DNA of 49,764 nt from Octopus bimaculoides. Its lineage: Eukaryota. The stretch spans positions 69,698,450 to 69,748,213 of the forward strand of contig NC_068983.1 of assembly GCF_001194135.2 (NCBI RefSeq). Direction: 5' to 3'. Numbering within the stretch: the first letter of the stretch is position 1; each line of letters starts with the position of its first letter. Below the pieces are notes generated by a model that did not search any database, was not told the origin of the DNA, and saw only the letters and a list, made by a program, of their open reading frames with translations. Position numbers and translations under genes: made by a program. This document shows positions 11,885 through 25,309 of this stretch, piece after piece.

Positions 11885-13762
11885 AAAAACTTTCCCCCAA
11901 ATAAAAATGGGTGGTTCTTTTCAGAAGCATCGATATGAGAACACATTCTGGAATGCTCTGTAGGAACTAGGATCATGTATTGCTTCACTTGTCGACTGTT
12001 TTGTGGTCAAGGCGAATATAATGCCAAAATAGCGTGGAGATTAGTTGCCATAAATTATAGTATCAATCGAGAAAATAAAGGGCTATGGATCTTCAGTATG
12101 GTGATGACATAATCGTGAAATACCCTACCTTGGGAAATGTTTTTGAGGGAGCGGAAAGAAAAACGGTTATGAAGAATGAAATAATTTTGTATTTATCTCG
12201 ACAAAGACAACAGTTAAAAAGTGAAGATGAAAGCCAAGCAAGTTTAAATAAAATAAGCTTTTTGAAATAGGTCCAACTTTTAACTAGATATGACAATGTC
12301 ATCAAGAACCATTTATATACTGTACTGTGTACATCATAAGCAGTAAACATTGTGGCTATTTATGAAGAAAGGTTAATGTCAAATTGAACCAAGGAAATAA
12401 TAATATATTCATTTTTATGGATAAAAGTACAGCTGTGCTCGACACAGAGCAGGCATGCTAAGCGCCTGATATTGAAATCAAGAGTATTTCATTGAAGAAT
12501 ATACAACTGATGAAGGCCTGGAGATGATGGTCTTACCTGTTTTGGAACAATATGACTTCATGGATCAGGGTTAAAACATAACCGCTATCATGAGTTCCTC
12601 ATACAATGGACTTCTATTAAGAACACGTCTCGGCAATATGTACACTGCTGAATTTTGCCTTGTACAAAGCGCAAAATCAAAACCCTATTTTCTTCATTCT
12701 TGAAAAGAGAAGAAGAGTTATACAGATTCATTTTAATGTCGAGTAAGCTGCATGTTTTATTCATGGCAACTCAAATATTCATCCGTCCTTTTTCCGATGA
12801 TCAACGGTAGAAAAAGCTCTCTAATTCAAGATGGTCTTACGAAGGAGATGTTCTAAGACCTTAAAGAAAGTGTTTACGGCTTAGATGCAATTTCTCATCA
12901 AGATATTTGAAAGTAGTCCACCAAATCTAGCAAATGAAGATGCAGAAATACTGTTGCATGGTATCGGCTTTGAGTTTCTTCCTTGCCTTGAATAGTGCAA
13001 CTGTAGTAGTCATTGAGACAACAATTGCATCAGCTGTTTTTGATCACCTAAACATTGATTTACAAGCAGCATCTACAATCACTCATGGTGTTCTATAGAG
13101 ACTTAATGAGTTGAGGACTGAAAACAAAAAGTTCAGATGATATACCAGGATGTAACACAAATACAAGATGCAGATATCGATGTTCCAGTGGAAACGTCTG
13201 GTTAGAGTAGATGAACGAAAGTACCAAGAAGAGATTCAAGTGATTCAAATTTAGCTGTATGTCTGCAACATCAGCTCAAAACTTGGATTACACACTCGTA
13301 CATACACTCGTTCAGGAAATTAGGACATTTCAAAGAAAGAAGGAAATAACACAAGAAATTCCATAGCCAAACTGTGTCACTAAACTGAAAGGCAAATGGA
13401 GACATGGCAATATGTAGTAAAGTTATAGATTCAAATACTCTCTGCAAGCTCTATGGCTGGAAGAAAACAGCAAAATTTTGATAGTATGAACGTGTTTTTA
13501 ACGCCTCTTTACCAAAGGGATCTGTGATCCAATTGTAAGGTAGAAAAGGATGCATACAATTTATGAACATTTTCAGTATCAACAACAGCTGTGGAAAGCT
13601 CCTTCTCCAAGCTCGAGCTCATTATATATATATGTGACAGAGATGTGTTGATAAGAGAAACATTCCGATCTCATGTTGCTTAGCATTGAGAAATACATCC
13701 CCATTGATAATTAAGAAGTAAACATTTTGAAGCACATTGCCAACAAGAGAATGCTATTTTGA
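11885..13762 (+). pseudogene. Decayed hAT-superfamily transposase (ZMYM1-like: TTF zinc finger, catalytic core, hAT dimerisation domain)
   Basis: Manual translation across stops and frameshifts gives KNFPPNKNGWFFSE...MYCFTCRLF (TTF zinc finger, 11885-); KNEII...HQEPF; TDEGLEMMVLPVLEQYDFMDQG*NITAIMSSSYNGL (about 12506, cf. GQGYDNAAVMSG.YNG); KKLSNSRWS (12811, cf. LSDTRW); FSVSTTAVESSFSKLELI and SDLMLLSIEK (about 13570-13720, cf. ERSFSKL..RLS.LMLLSIE). Confidence 0.9.
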
Positions 13763-14249
13763 TTAACTAAAATATGTCGGCTTCTTTATTCCTAAGTATA
13801 CACTTCATTGCAGATAATTAAGAATATAAATTTTGCTTTTCTGTCTTATAATAAGAGTCTATGTCTCTTCTGTTGACATTTAAAATCTATGACCATCATA
13901 TTAAACATCCCACAGGGTATTTCTATAAATCTCTAATATGTAGATTTACATTATTCCATATTTAAATGCAAACACCGGAGAACACTATCAGAAAATTGAA
14001 ATAATTGTAATTTGTATGATGTGCAAGATACAAGCCAATATAAATAAAAATTTATAATAATTGCAGTTTAACTACAATATTTCAATATCTCAATATCTTT
14101 TGAAAATCTTGCAATAAAAACAACTTTTTATCAAAACTTTTCATTATATTTTCTTTAAGCAATTTTATATATAAAAATAATCTATTGAACTTAATGGAAC
14201 TGAAGTATAATTACGACATACAATTTAACATGGTTTTTATATATGTACG

Positions 14250-14311
14250 TACATATGTATGTATGTATGTATGCATGTATGTATCTATGTATGTGTATAA
14301 ATATGTAAACG

Positions 14312-14355
<44 letters not shown>

Positions 14356-14450
14356 CATATGTATATATGTGCGTATGTATGCTTGTGTGTGTGTGTGTAT
14401 GTATGTGTATGTATGTCCATCTGTCTATCTGTATGTACACACACACGCAC

Positions 14451-14489
<39 letters not shown>

Positions 14490-14736
14490 TCATACATACA
14501 TGCATAAATACCTACATACATATATACGCGTACACACGCACGTACGCACACGCACGCACACACACACACACACACAGAGTAATCAATCGACTATCGTGAG
14601 TGTTACGTTCCAAAACCCACCGCGATAGGTGAACCGCGATATGGCGAGGGATTACTGTATGTACGCATGCATGCATGCATGCATGCATGTATGTATGTAT
14701 GTNNNNNNNNNNNNNNNNNNNNNNNNNNNNNNNNNN

Positions 14737-14790
<54 letters not shown>
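14250..14790. repeat. Compound (TATG)n/(CA)n/(TA)n/(GCAT)n/(TG)n microsatellite block
   Basis: Directly visible; includes the gap 14703-14736. Confidence 0.95.
14577..14657. mobile_element. About 80-bp internally deleted pogo/Tigger-like MITE
   Basis: The right end ccgcgatatggcgagggattactg|ta is a Tigger-type CAGTAATCCCTCG TIR followed by TA. The left end agtaatcaatcgactatcg is degenerate. Confidence 0.7.
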
Positions 14791-14800
<10 letters not shown>

Positions 14801-16450
14801 GTGCAAAAATGAAAAAAGCGAAGACGAGGTAAAAGAAATAGACTAACAAACAGTAAGTTTTAGATTTACGCTCAGGAAAACTTGAAGGAAGTGTCTTTTT
14901 TATGTTTCGAGCATACACTCTTCTACAGAAAGAAAAGACGGAGAGTGTTAAAAAAGAGAAAAGAACAAACGTGTCTGAATTTGTCGGTCATGCTTTTAGA
15001 AACTGGCATGAAATGAACAATTCACTCATGCTTTCGGAATCATAAGTTATCTACCGTACCTATTTTGTATGAAATTTCTGCTTTTTGTTTCTACCTTATA
15101 GACAATAGTCACAATTCTAAAACGTTTAATTTTCTTCAGATATGCCATTGAATTCTTTAAACTTGATTTGCTTTAGCTTGTACACATTTAGTCTTGTTAT
15201 CGATTTGTATGAACCCATATATATATATATAACGCTCTTAGTTTAGTAATAAACCACTTAAGTAATTTCGAAGCCTTTGAAGGGTATATGTTTGGAGTCG
15301 ACGCCAGTTTATAAACGACACGGCTTTTCCATTCGAATGTTGAACAAGGACTGCAAGCTAACCTCAGCTATAAAAAACTGGACTAAAGGCAGCCCCACTC
15401 TTAGTCACCGACTGATCATATGAGAGAACTCGTAGAAACCACGCAAGGCCCCGGAATCGTATAAAATAACGTATTTTTTCAATTCTGCTTTACTGCTCTC
15501 TCATAGAGGCATCCCTTATTCCTGTTAAATATTTCATTGAACAATTTGGAATAGTCTTACTTCACTTCATTATAGATTAAGATTTTTTCCAAACAACCAT
15601 GTGTTTGTCTGTCTGTCTCTTTGACACACACACACACACACACACACTCTCCCTCTATCTTTCTCTCTGGATATATATATATATACGTGTGTGTGTGTGT
15701 GTATCAATAATAATATACTAACACTAGTACGAGCAAAACATATAAAGGATGACGTAGGGAGACAGTACAAGTCGTAATAACCGAATATATTAGTTGGCTG
15801 CACAGTATATGATAGTAAAAGAAATACGTCATAGAAAATCTAATAGACTATAACATCAAAACCTAAACTAATTAGCAATTGGCAAGAAAAGGTCACGAGT
15901 CCTGTCCATCAAAATAAACGTATGGCTGATAAATAGAAAAAAACTGAATAATAACAAGATTGAATAAACCTGTGTTGAGGATATATTAGAAATGAAAAAT
16001 TTATGTTTATCTAATAAAATGATAAATAAAGATTATGAGGATAAAAAATGTAATACCAACAAATTGGGTATCCATAATATTAATTAGATATATGAACAAA
16101 TACAACGAACTATCTATCCATATTAACATATTAATAATTACAAATATTATTAATACTAGTAACAATAGTATAAATAATAATACTGATGATAAAAATAGCA
16201 ATAGCACCAGAACAACTACAAAGAAGTACCTAACAATATTAATATATTAAACGATGAATAATAAAGACACAGAAAAACAGTTAAAGAGCCTGATACAGGA
16301 ACAGTAGTATAAAATAGTAGTAACTGAATGAAAGTTCTGACTACCCTGGAAACCACAACGATTAAAAACCAGAAAGTGAAGAACAGTAACATGACCTAGA
16401 TTTTGGCCTTGACCAGTAGGGTCAAAAAGTCAGTCTTGAGCTATTTTTAG

Positions 16451-16486
16451 AACAGTATCCACCATGTGCGCATGGTGGATACTGTT
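16451..16486. repeat. Perfect 16-bp-stem hairpin with 4-nt loop
   Basis: aacagtatccaccatg-tgcg-catggtggatactgtt. Confidence 0.95.
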
Positions 16487-16716
16487 GAATAAAGGAACAA
16501 AAGTTTTCTCATTCGAGAGAAATCAAACGCAGCAGTCAAAATGCCCAGAAAAAAACCTTTGCTTTCTTTATTACATCATAACGCACTTTAAAGTGTAAGA
16601 TGGACACTAACAAATGACTGAAACGCCACGTAGGCAGAAAAAAAAAGAACTTAATATGATTAAAAAATAAATATTCTATGTGTATTCACTGTTTTCTTTA
16701 AACTATAAATTTTACG

Positions 16717-17230
16717 GGATCTTTCTGATTTGGTGGACACCATTTGTTTTCTAACGAAACACTTTCAAACTTGGGATACTGGTAGAATGTGTCATATAAA
16801 AGATCTTTTTCTCTTAGCCTTGTTAAGAGAAGTTTGTATATTCGAAGTTATTTCATGTTAAAAGTTGTCGTATTTCGGTAATTTCAACCAATCACTGACG
16901 TCTATTCAGGTGAAAACAATTACTGCTGTGGTTTGTCAACAACACCTTGTGGCGGTGTAATGGGATCTTTTCCCTTGAATAAAATTACTGCCGTTATTTG
17001 TCAACAACAACTATCGGCGGTACTGTTATTTATGACATCGTTCGTGCGTTTGTACTGATTTTAGCTTTAGGGTTTTAGGGTTAGGGTTCGGGTTTTAGGG
17101 TTAGGGTTAGGGTTAGGGTTTTAGGGTTAGGGTTAGGGCTAGCGTTTTAGGGTTAGGGTTAGGGTTAGGGCTATGAGTATTTTTGCCAAATTTGGTGAAA
17201 ATCTGCTCAATACACCGCCACAAATTACTA
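16717..17230. mobile_element. Second member of the GGATCT/TTAGGG MITE family, right arm truncated
   Basis: Begins ggatct and shares aacgaaacact..aaacttggga.actggtagaatgtgtcatataaaa and ttcaaccaatcactga.gtctattcag with 6080. The inverted match ttgtggcggtgta (16947) / tacaccgccacaa (17211) brackets the TTAGGG array. Confidence 0.85.
17067..17170 (+). repeat. Interstitial telomere-type (TTAGGG)n array with TTTTAGGG variants
   Basis: About 16 units directly visible. Confidence 0.95.
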
Positions 17231-17409
17231 ACATTTTAACCCTGGGAGGACTCCTCTTTCAGCTAGTTTGTCGACGGAATCTGCACCCGATATTTATATA
17301 TTGCAAGCAGGGAAGCACACCCCTACCAACCTCCAGCGACGGGACTATCAGACCGTACGGTTTCGATCTATTTGTGCTCATCCTCAGTGGTGGATGATAA
17401 ACATTACTA

Positions 17410-17441
<32 letters not shown>

Positions 17442-17679
17442 AGTATATATATATNNNNNNNNNNNNNNNNNNNNNNNNNNNNNNNNNNNNNNNNNNNNNN
17501 NNNNNNNNNNNNNNNNNNNNNNNNNNNNNNNNNNNNNNNNNNNNNNNNNNNNNNNNNNNNNNNNNNNNNNNNNNNNNNNNNNNNNNNNNNNNNNNNNNNN
17601 NNNNNNNNNNCATTTAAAATTATAATATCAGAATAGTGCCTTTTTTTCAACGAAGACACCTCTCAATCTCAGTCTGTGC

Positions 17680-17800
17680 CCATCATTGTTCACTAGTACC
17701 TTACGTCATCGACTGCGGAAGGATGAAGTGCAAACTCAACCTCAAACCAGGGCGTAAAGTAACGTAACCAAATACCGAAGGCACTTTTGTGCGAAGATTT
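17680..17800 (-). mobile_element. Degenerate SINE fragment
   Basis: actagtacctt...tcgactgcggaaggatgaagtgcaaactcaacctc is the reverse complement of the Meta-like core. Confidence 0.55.
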
Positions 17801-18786
17801 CCCAACAGTAGCATAAAATTGCAAATGAATCTAAAATAGTAAGTAATCAGTGAAGATAATGTTAGTTCGTGAGTGTGAGATATCTGAATAGCGGAGGATT
17901 TAGAATATTTTCCTGCTGTTTTTGTTGTTTTTGTACATAGGTCGTTTTTGAAAGACTGATCTATAAATCTGCTTATTAGGAGAAAATATTGGAAAAAAAT
18001 TGGGATTTTGATTTATTAAAATAAGTGTAAGTAAAAAAACCAAAATGGTTCCAATGAAATACTGAAACAGAAGCTAAGAGAAGTATATATTACCATGTGC
18101 TGAAAATAGAAGATTAAATTTCTTATTATCATAGTCGTAAATTGAAATTGAAAAATAACGCGACAACATTACAAACATTAAGCGGAAAACAAAAGTTTTA
18201 TGGATTAAAGATAGTTTGAAGACAAGTAAAAAAAACAGGTAAGTTGATAAATATAAACGAAAGATAACAACGAATTTGTATTCTAAATATAAATACTGAC
18301 AAGATGATAAATGAAAAAGAAACAGGAAAAAGATAAAGAGTTGAAATAAAGGGAGATAACCTGAATCGAACGCTGAAAGATGTTAATAATGGAAGATTGT
18401 TTAATTAGCTGAAGAATAAACTGTTGTATAACTCATTCAATTCTTTGTATCATTTATCGTAACACTTCAGATAGGCACCAGTAATTATTGACGTAGACTT
18501 AGAATAATGTTAAAAGCACTCTCTTTAGGCAATTTTTTTAATAGACATTGCACTTCACAGGCATCCTGATATAGAAGTATTTGGTTGCTTAAAGTGCATC
18601 CCTAAATATATTTTGCTATAAATGGAAACATAATAATAAGAAAGCTAGAAGTTGGAAAACATAATGAATCGTAATTGTTGTAGTCATTATTTTTACGTGT
18701 ATGGACGTCATTAGCTTCATAATCGAATTACTATCAATTGATAGCATTCCAAGCATGATTAATATTTGTACAATTGTACATTTATA

Positions 18787-19480
18787 CAATTATGAGGGCA
18801 GTGGACTGACAGGATTGGTGGAGCGGGAAGCAAGATGCCTTGCGGTATTTAGTTGTGTACCTTTCCATTCTGAGTTCAATATCCACAAGTCACTTAGCTC
18901 TTCATCTTTCGCAGTTCGATAAAATATGTACCAATTAAGTACTGAGTTTCATCTAATTGTCTATACTCCTTCCCTAAATTTGAGGAGTTTTGTCTGTATA
19001 AAAAATCAATATTTGTACAATCGGTAGTGAATAGGCGAAATCGATATTAGCATCAGACATAATATATTGCTGTATTTAACTACTCTTTGCTCTCTGATTT
19101 CAAATCCTGTCGAAACCAGTCTTGTGTTTTATACTGATGTTTTAATTTAATGAAGTACCAGTCAAGTACTGCAATTAAATTTGATCATCTGTTTTCCACC
19201 CAGCGAAAATATTTCAAGTTTTCTTATGTTAACCACTCATAATATAACCTCATATATGAACAGAAGGAAATCAGAATTGAATGTTTTTACATTTAGAAAG
19301 GCGGTAGACTGACGGAATCGACAGAACATTGGATTAAACCTCATGCGTTATTTAATACTATTTACATTGTAAGTTCATCTCATGCCAAAGTTGACTTGTT
19401 TTTCATCATTCCAGCTTGGATAAAATAATTACTTGTGATATACTGGAGTCGCTTTAATCGCCTGTACCCTTTCTCAGTAT
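18787..19480 (+). mobile_element. Cluster of three old, diverged SINE copies
   Basis: Heads at about 18787, 19030 and 19308, each followed by a degenerate ttctgagttcaa / tttcatc.ttt / gataaaat..gtacc pattern. Confidence 0.55.
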
Positions 19481-21495
19481 TTCTAGCAAACAGCCAATGT
19501 CTGAAATCAATGCCTATTCAACCATCAAACTTTCATAATGAAGAATAGTAATTAGAAGCGGCAGGTTAATGATGTCTAGCTTCAGCAAGAATCAGATTTT
19601 AACTAAAATTCGCAATGCTCTTTGTTTTCAGATGCAATAGTAACTAACATTCCGGACAGTACTCTTCTTTTCCTTATTTCCGCGATGAAGAGAAGTAACT
19701 ACCGAAATGTTGATCTCTAATTGAACCTATGACACAAATACCACACTACATCACTTCAGTTATTGTTAAAATTTAATAACGACTTACATCCAAAACAGTA
19801 TATAATGACTGTAGTGAGATAAGTTTCTGACTTAACATACACTTAATCCTATTAGGTTATATAAAACACAGTCGAACAACTCGCAAACATATTTCATTAA
19901 TTCTAAAAATATTATCAGGGTTACGTCTCTAAACAAAAGATTCCATTATCTTGCCAATGAACTGTTTGAGATATTATCTATTTAAAAAGAAATCGCTGTC
20001 TATTTTTGAACTTGTTGTTAGGTAACTGTTATTATTGATGTATAGCCGTGATATTCGATATATGCCTCGATTAATCAAAGAATAGTAACTTCGTTATCTC
20101 TACAATCCGCTGTCGTAATGTGAAATATTTGGCTTGAAAATAAATCTCTTCGGGCTTGTTCTACCTTGTTTCGATTATCTACTGGTTTTTATTAATTTCA
20201 TTACAATGAAAATTCCTGTTCATTAACGACTGATGGACAGCTAAAATCTTATCTTTCAAATTTATATTTGTAACATGATGGAGAGAAGAATACTTTGCGT
20301 TATTTCCTCTGGCTCTCTGCGCTCCGTGTTCAAATTTTACCAAGGGTACCGACCAGAAAATCTGTAGTATATCATATTTCAAGAGTTTCTTGTAGTTTTT
20401 CCTCACGCTCATATAAAGAATTAGAAATGAGTGTTAAAACCCCACTGATTACAATGTGTTTATTTATGCTTCTTATCACTTCTATTTTGTTACTGTTGCT
20501 GGTAGTGGTGTTGCTGCTACTGTTGTCGTTGTTTGGACTCAGGTTACCCCTGAGCAAACAGATGATGAAAGGCATTCTGGCTGTGACAGTCCTATCAATT
20601 TCTTGGAGAATATGTGGGACTACATCATATCATGTGCTACTTCCCCACTTATGATGGTGAGATGTTATTTGTGGAAGATTTGGCTGCTATTACTTAAATC
20701 TCGAGCAATTTTATGAACTATATTTTTTCAAGAGAACACCACGAAACTCGTACAAAAATATGGACAAACTTTAAAATAATAAGAAATTCTCTTAAAACTA
20801 GTATGGAACATAGTCATGTTTTTAATGCATGTCTAAAAGAACAACTGATGTCCTCATCATATACACCACACACCACCACACCACATCACACCACTCTACA
20901 CCACTTCACACGCTGACTACTCCCCAGCACCCACACACCATCATCTGCACATCCACACCATCCATGCACCCACACAATTGAAAAAAAAAGATGGTAATTC
21001 TTTACAGCTGTTTCATGAATTGATGCAGTAACTGACATTATCCATACATAAATGTGCAACAAATTGATATTACCATATGAATATGGAATAAGTCAATTTA
21101 CGCTATGATAGTGTCGCCACATAATCCCTTCATCGTACTAGCCGATTATAATACACGGACACACACACACGCACACGCACACACAGACACACAACACGCA
21201 CACAAACACACGCACACACATAAATATATATATATACATACATATTGTAACATATCTATCTATCTATCAGTCATATACATGTACAGTGTATGTATGTACA
21301 CATATACATTTATATATAGCTGTCTATATATGTTTTATATATAAGATATATAGAGAAACGTAGATACCTACGCGCGCGTGCATACACATACACACTCACA
21401 TATATGCATACATGCACACGCACACACACACACACATAAGTCATACACATACGCATATAAACTATAATATACCTGCCTATATATATATATCATAC

Positions 21496-21566
21496 AAAAT
21501 ATGCGTACATCTCTTAACCTAAATATGCGTAACCTCTTAACCAAAATATGCGTACGTCTATTAACC
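21496..21566. repeat. 23-24-bp minisatellite, 3 copies
   Basis: aaaatatgcgtacatctcttaacc / taaatatgcgtaacctcttaacc / aaaatatgcgtacgtctattaacc. Confidence 0.9.
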
Positions 21567-22471
21567 TATACATTCATACATACAGACATCCATACGAGGA
21601 GAGTGATAGGGAGATAGCGAGAAGACAAAATGAAAGTAAGAGAAATTCATTTAAATTCTTTTAGACACTCTATTTTCAAAGATATTTAATCTTATGTAAT
21701 TATAGATATATTTAACGAAGAGACCATGCAGTCGGATATATTTTGATACATTGCTAATTGTACTTTAAAAACATTTACCACTGCAGCATTCCCTAACAAA
21801 ATTTATCTGTAGCTATAGTGATTGCCTCCCTGAACTGAACAAAGAGATAATGACAACTGTTTTAAGAGAATTAGGCATTTTGTCACGTTATATTAGGGTT
21901 TATTTCAAATTCGTGTCTTAAGATTAACTCAATGCTAATGTCCTGCAGGTGAGAATGTAGGGAACTTTCGTGACGATTAACGCTTGATCACGAAAACTGT
22001 AGGAGTACATACCAATATACATACATAGTGACATACACACGCGTGCATATAGGGTTTGTATATATATATATATATATATATNNNNNNNNNNNNNNNNNNN
22101 NNNNNNNNNNNNNNNNNNNNNNNNNNNNNNNNNNNNNNNNNNNNNNNNNNNNNNNNNNNNNNNNNNNNNNNNNNNNNNNNNNNNNNNNNNNNNNNNNNNN
22201 NNNNNNNNNNNNNNNNNNNNNNNNNNNNNNNNNNNNNNNNNNNNNNNNNNNNNNNNNNNNNNNNNNNNNNNNNNNNNNNNNNNNNNNNNNNNNNNNNNNN
22301 NNNNNNNNNNNNNNNNNNNNNNNNNNNNNNNNNNNNNNNNNNNNNNNNNNNNNNNNNNNNNNNNNNNNNNNNNNNNNNNNNNNNNNNNNNNNNNNNNNNN
22401 NNNNNNNNNNNNNNNNNNNNNNNNNNNNNNNNNNNNNNNNNNNNNNNNNNNNNNNNNNNNNNNNNNNNNNN

Positions 22472-22525
<54 letters not shown>

Positions 22526-24557
22526 TCCATGTGTGTGTTCGTGTGTGTGCGCAACGTATAGAAAATTCACTCTGACGGTAGCAAATATTGTGAGAAATAG
22601 CTACAGGTGTTGAAACCCAGCTCAGAGATTAAGATATGAAAAGGATTAAAACTGTTCGAAGTGATCATGTTATTCGTGGAACGTTATCACCCCAGATTGG
22701 TCTTAATTTCCATTAACAGCATCCTTTCTATTTTAAAATATGGTCTAAAGGCTGCAGGAGCTATTTCATTTGTTGAAGGTCAATATGCTATTTTGAATAT
22801 ATTAAATGGGCGTAACAAAATTCAGCTAGTATAAATTTATGAAACCAGAACGACTACGTATTTATTTATGTTATTTGTTACTACTATCTCTGTAATATTT
22901 GTCTGCTCGTCATATGTGTTGTTCCGGTGTTAAAGTCAACTGAAACAAGTATAAGTATTTCATTTGGAATAATCTTAACTATGGAAAGACATCGGAAACA
23001 TAATCGAAATTATTAAGATAATAAAGCAATGATACAAGAAGCTATACGTTTATGTTTCAATACAAAAATAAATACATTTATAAAACGTATCCTGATAGTT
23101 TTTCTTGAAAGCATTGTTATATTTTTAATAGTTTCACCAGGGGATCAAGTACAGTTTCTATAATCGTTTTGTTAAGTCCTCCAAGTCTGGCGGGAGGAAG
23201 GGGAAGAAAAATCACGACTAATTTTTGCAGCAGGAAGCAACGCATCACAACAGACAGAATTCAGCTAAAATTATCCAATGGGCTACGTTTATACATAAAC
23301 AGTACACTTATAATCTCGATGCATCTTTAGTGGACATCGATCATATATAGAGATATATAGAGAAATATAAGATACACAGAGACAACTTGGTTGTTAAGAA
23401 TGTTTCTCTAACGCTGCCTTATATTGAAGAATATAGCAACTGACAGTTTGATCATACAAGAAACAGTTATCATATGATGTATTTATATCATCAGTATTAG
23501 TAGTAACATTTAGGATATTAGATTAGAAGTAAAGAATTTAATGATAATGACTGGCAGGTTTTATATCGGCAGATAGTTTTACTATGGCTGTTGAAATCAT
23601 GCTTTGTTCTTGGATATGAATTATATCTCACGTGCCTTTTCATACTGCAACTGACATATTTTAATAGGTTTACAGATATTGCGCATCCTATTATAGTCCT
23701 TATGATGCGTAGCAAATTCTGGTAATAACTGCATTTCTATTGAATTTATCATTATTGAATTAATCGCCGTTAACTGCTATTTTGGAATGACATCCTATTA
23801 TACAATTTATAAGCGACGTATCTTTCCACAAGTAGATCGTATGGCATTTTGCGAAGACAATTAACAATCTTGAAAAAATTTGTCACTGGAACGTTAAATA
23901 TAATCTTTCAAATGTTAGATATAAAATATAGCTGACATCAGCTAAAATCAATGTATATTGAATTAACAAGAAAAGAAAAAAAATAATAAATGGGAGCCAT
24001 TTAACTTGTATTGCTAATACATTTTACGTATTAATCACTGAAAATATACTTTACTATTGACCTTCTGTTGATTTATTAATAATACGCTGACATTTTCTTC
24101 CTATTTCGTTGATCGATAGAACAAAACCGAAATCAATAAGAACACACTTGTCTTCCGCTTGCTCGCACCTTACAAAACATCTTTTATACGCTTGAGGAGC
24201 ATACTACTGACACTATCGAAAGATACGTTTGTGTATTGGTAATATTTTATTCAATCGAAACACTGCAAACAACGTTCTTGATAAAATGACGAGTGATGAA
24301 CACGATTGGCTGGAAACTATTTCTGGTTAATATTCCGGAGGCTAACTTTAAAATTCTCTCAGATTTGTAGGATACACATAATACGTCAGGGAACATTATT
24401 ATGACAAGTAAGCATATAATATGTGTAGGTGGGTCACAACATATTAGACAGATTAAAACGGATACATCAAAGTCAACATTAATATAATATAGTCTATCTA
24501 GACGTGTCAAATGCGGAAACCTCTACGTAATCGTTCGACTTGCTACAAATAACAGAT

Positions 24558-25309
24558 AGGGTAAAGGGTAAAGACCCTCTTCGGTCATTAACGACCATAG
24601 GATTGCACTAAGAAAGTTACCCTCCGAGGCACAAGTCTAGATAAGGTTGTTTATGGAAGACCAGCAGTCACTCATGCATATCAGCCTCAACTCTCCACGC
24701 TACCGATGTTATCCAAGAGAAAGGCAAATGCTGAAACAGCTTAGCACTAGTGATGTCGCAACTGACTTTTGTTTACATCTGAGTGAACTGGGAAAAACAT
24801 GAAATAAACTGTCTTTCTCAAGAACACAACACACATCCTGGTCCGGGAATCGAACTCATGATTGTGAGCCTGACGCTCTAACCCATTGGTTCTCAACCGG
24901 GGTCCACTCACCAACTATGATCGCATAGAGTCTATGTGGTTCTCAACCAGAGTCTATATGGCCCTAAGAGTTCATATACGATTTTGTGAGATCTGCGTAA
25001 AAAAATAGTAAATTAAAGATCCACAATAGAATTTGAACGGCCCCTGAAAAAATGTGACTTTCGATGCAAGGATTGGTATGTATTGCAAGAAACAGCAAGG
25101 ATTCTTTCTCTAACACTTTACATAGTTCAACCTACACAAGTCAAGGTGTGAAAAACAAAATAGGAATTTTGAAAGACGTTTCTATAAAACTAGTTTTTAA
25201 AATTCGAATGGCTAGCGGGATCCATCAGAATAAAATAGTTATCAAAGGGGTCCATAGATAAAAAATGGTTGAGAATCACTGCTCTAACTACTGAGCCATG
25301 CGCCTTCAC
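24558..25309 (-). mobile_element. tRNA-derived SINE interrupted by a hAT MITE
   Basis: The minus-strand head gtgaaggcgcatggctcagtagttagag resumes after the insert. The body shares ctgagtgaactgg..aac.tgaaat with 46845-47112. The tail is (CCTTTA)n. An imperfect TSD aaataa(c/t)ag(a/c)t is at 24547 and 25310. Confidence 0.82.
24884..25281. mobile_element. 398-bp hAT (Charlie/Tip100-type) MITE
   Basis: TIR cattggttctcaacc / ggttgagaatcactg. The 8-bp TSD ctctaacc/ctctaact is taken from the host SINE. Confidence 0.88.

Noticed and set aside
12085-12270. 61-aa ORF as an independent gene
   Set aside because: It is an in-frame piece of the hAT transposase pseudogene.
17067-17170. True telomere or chromosome-fusion scar
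   Set aside because: The array is short, degenerate, single-orientation and embedded in a MITE, with ordinary sequence on both sides.
20295-20654. 119-aa hydrophobic ORF resembling a membrane or secreted protein
   Set aside because: The Leu/Val run comes from a (GTT/GCT) triplet tract, and the next segment is a copy of the dispersed repeat family.
20860-20975. CA-rich block resembling 1860-1964
   Set aside because: The similarity is mostly low-complexity. A short shared core (ctgac.act.cccagcacc.acac) hints at a repeat, but no ends can be defined.
21496-21566. CRISPR-like direct repeats (also 1208-1413 and 38214-38304)
   Set aside because: The units are contiguous with no unique spacers, there are no cas genes, and the context is eukaryotic.
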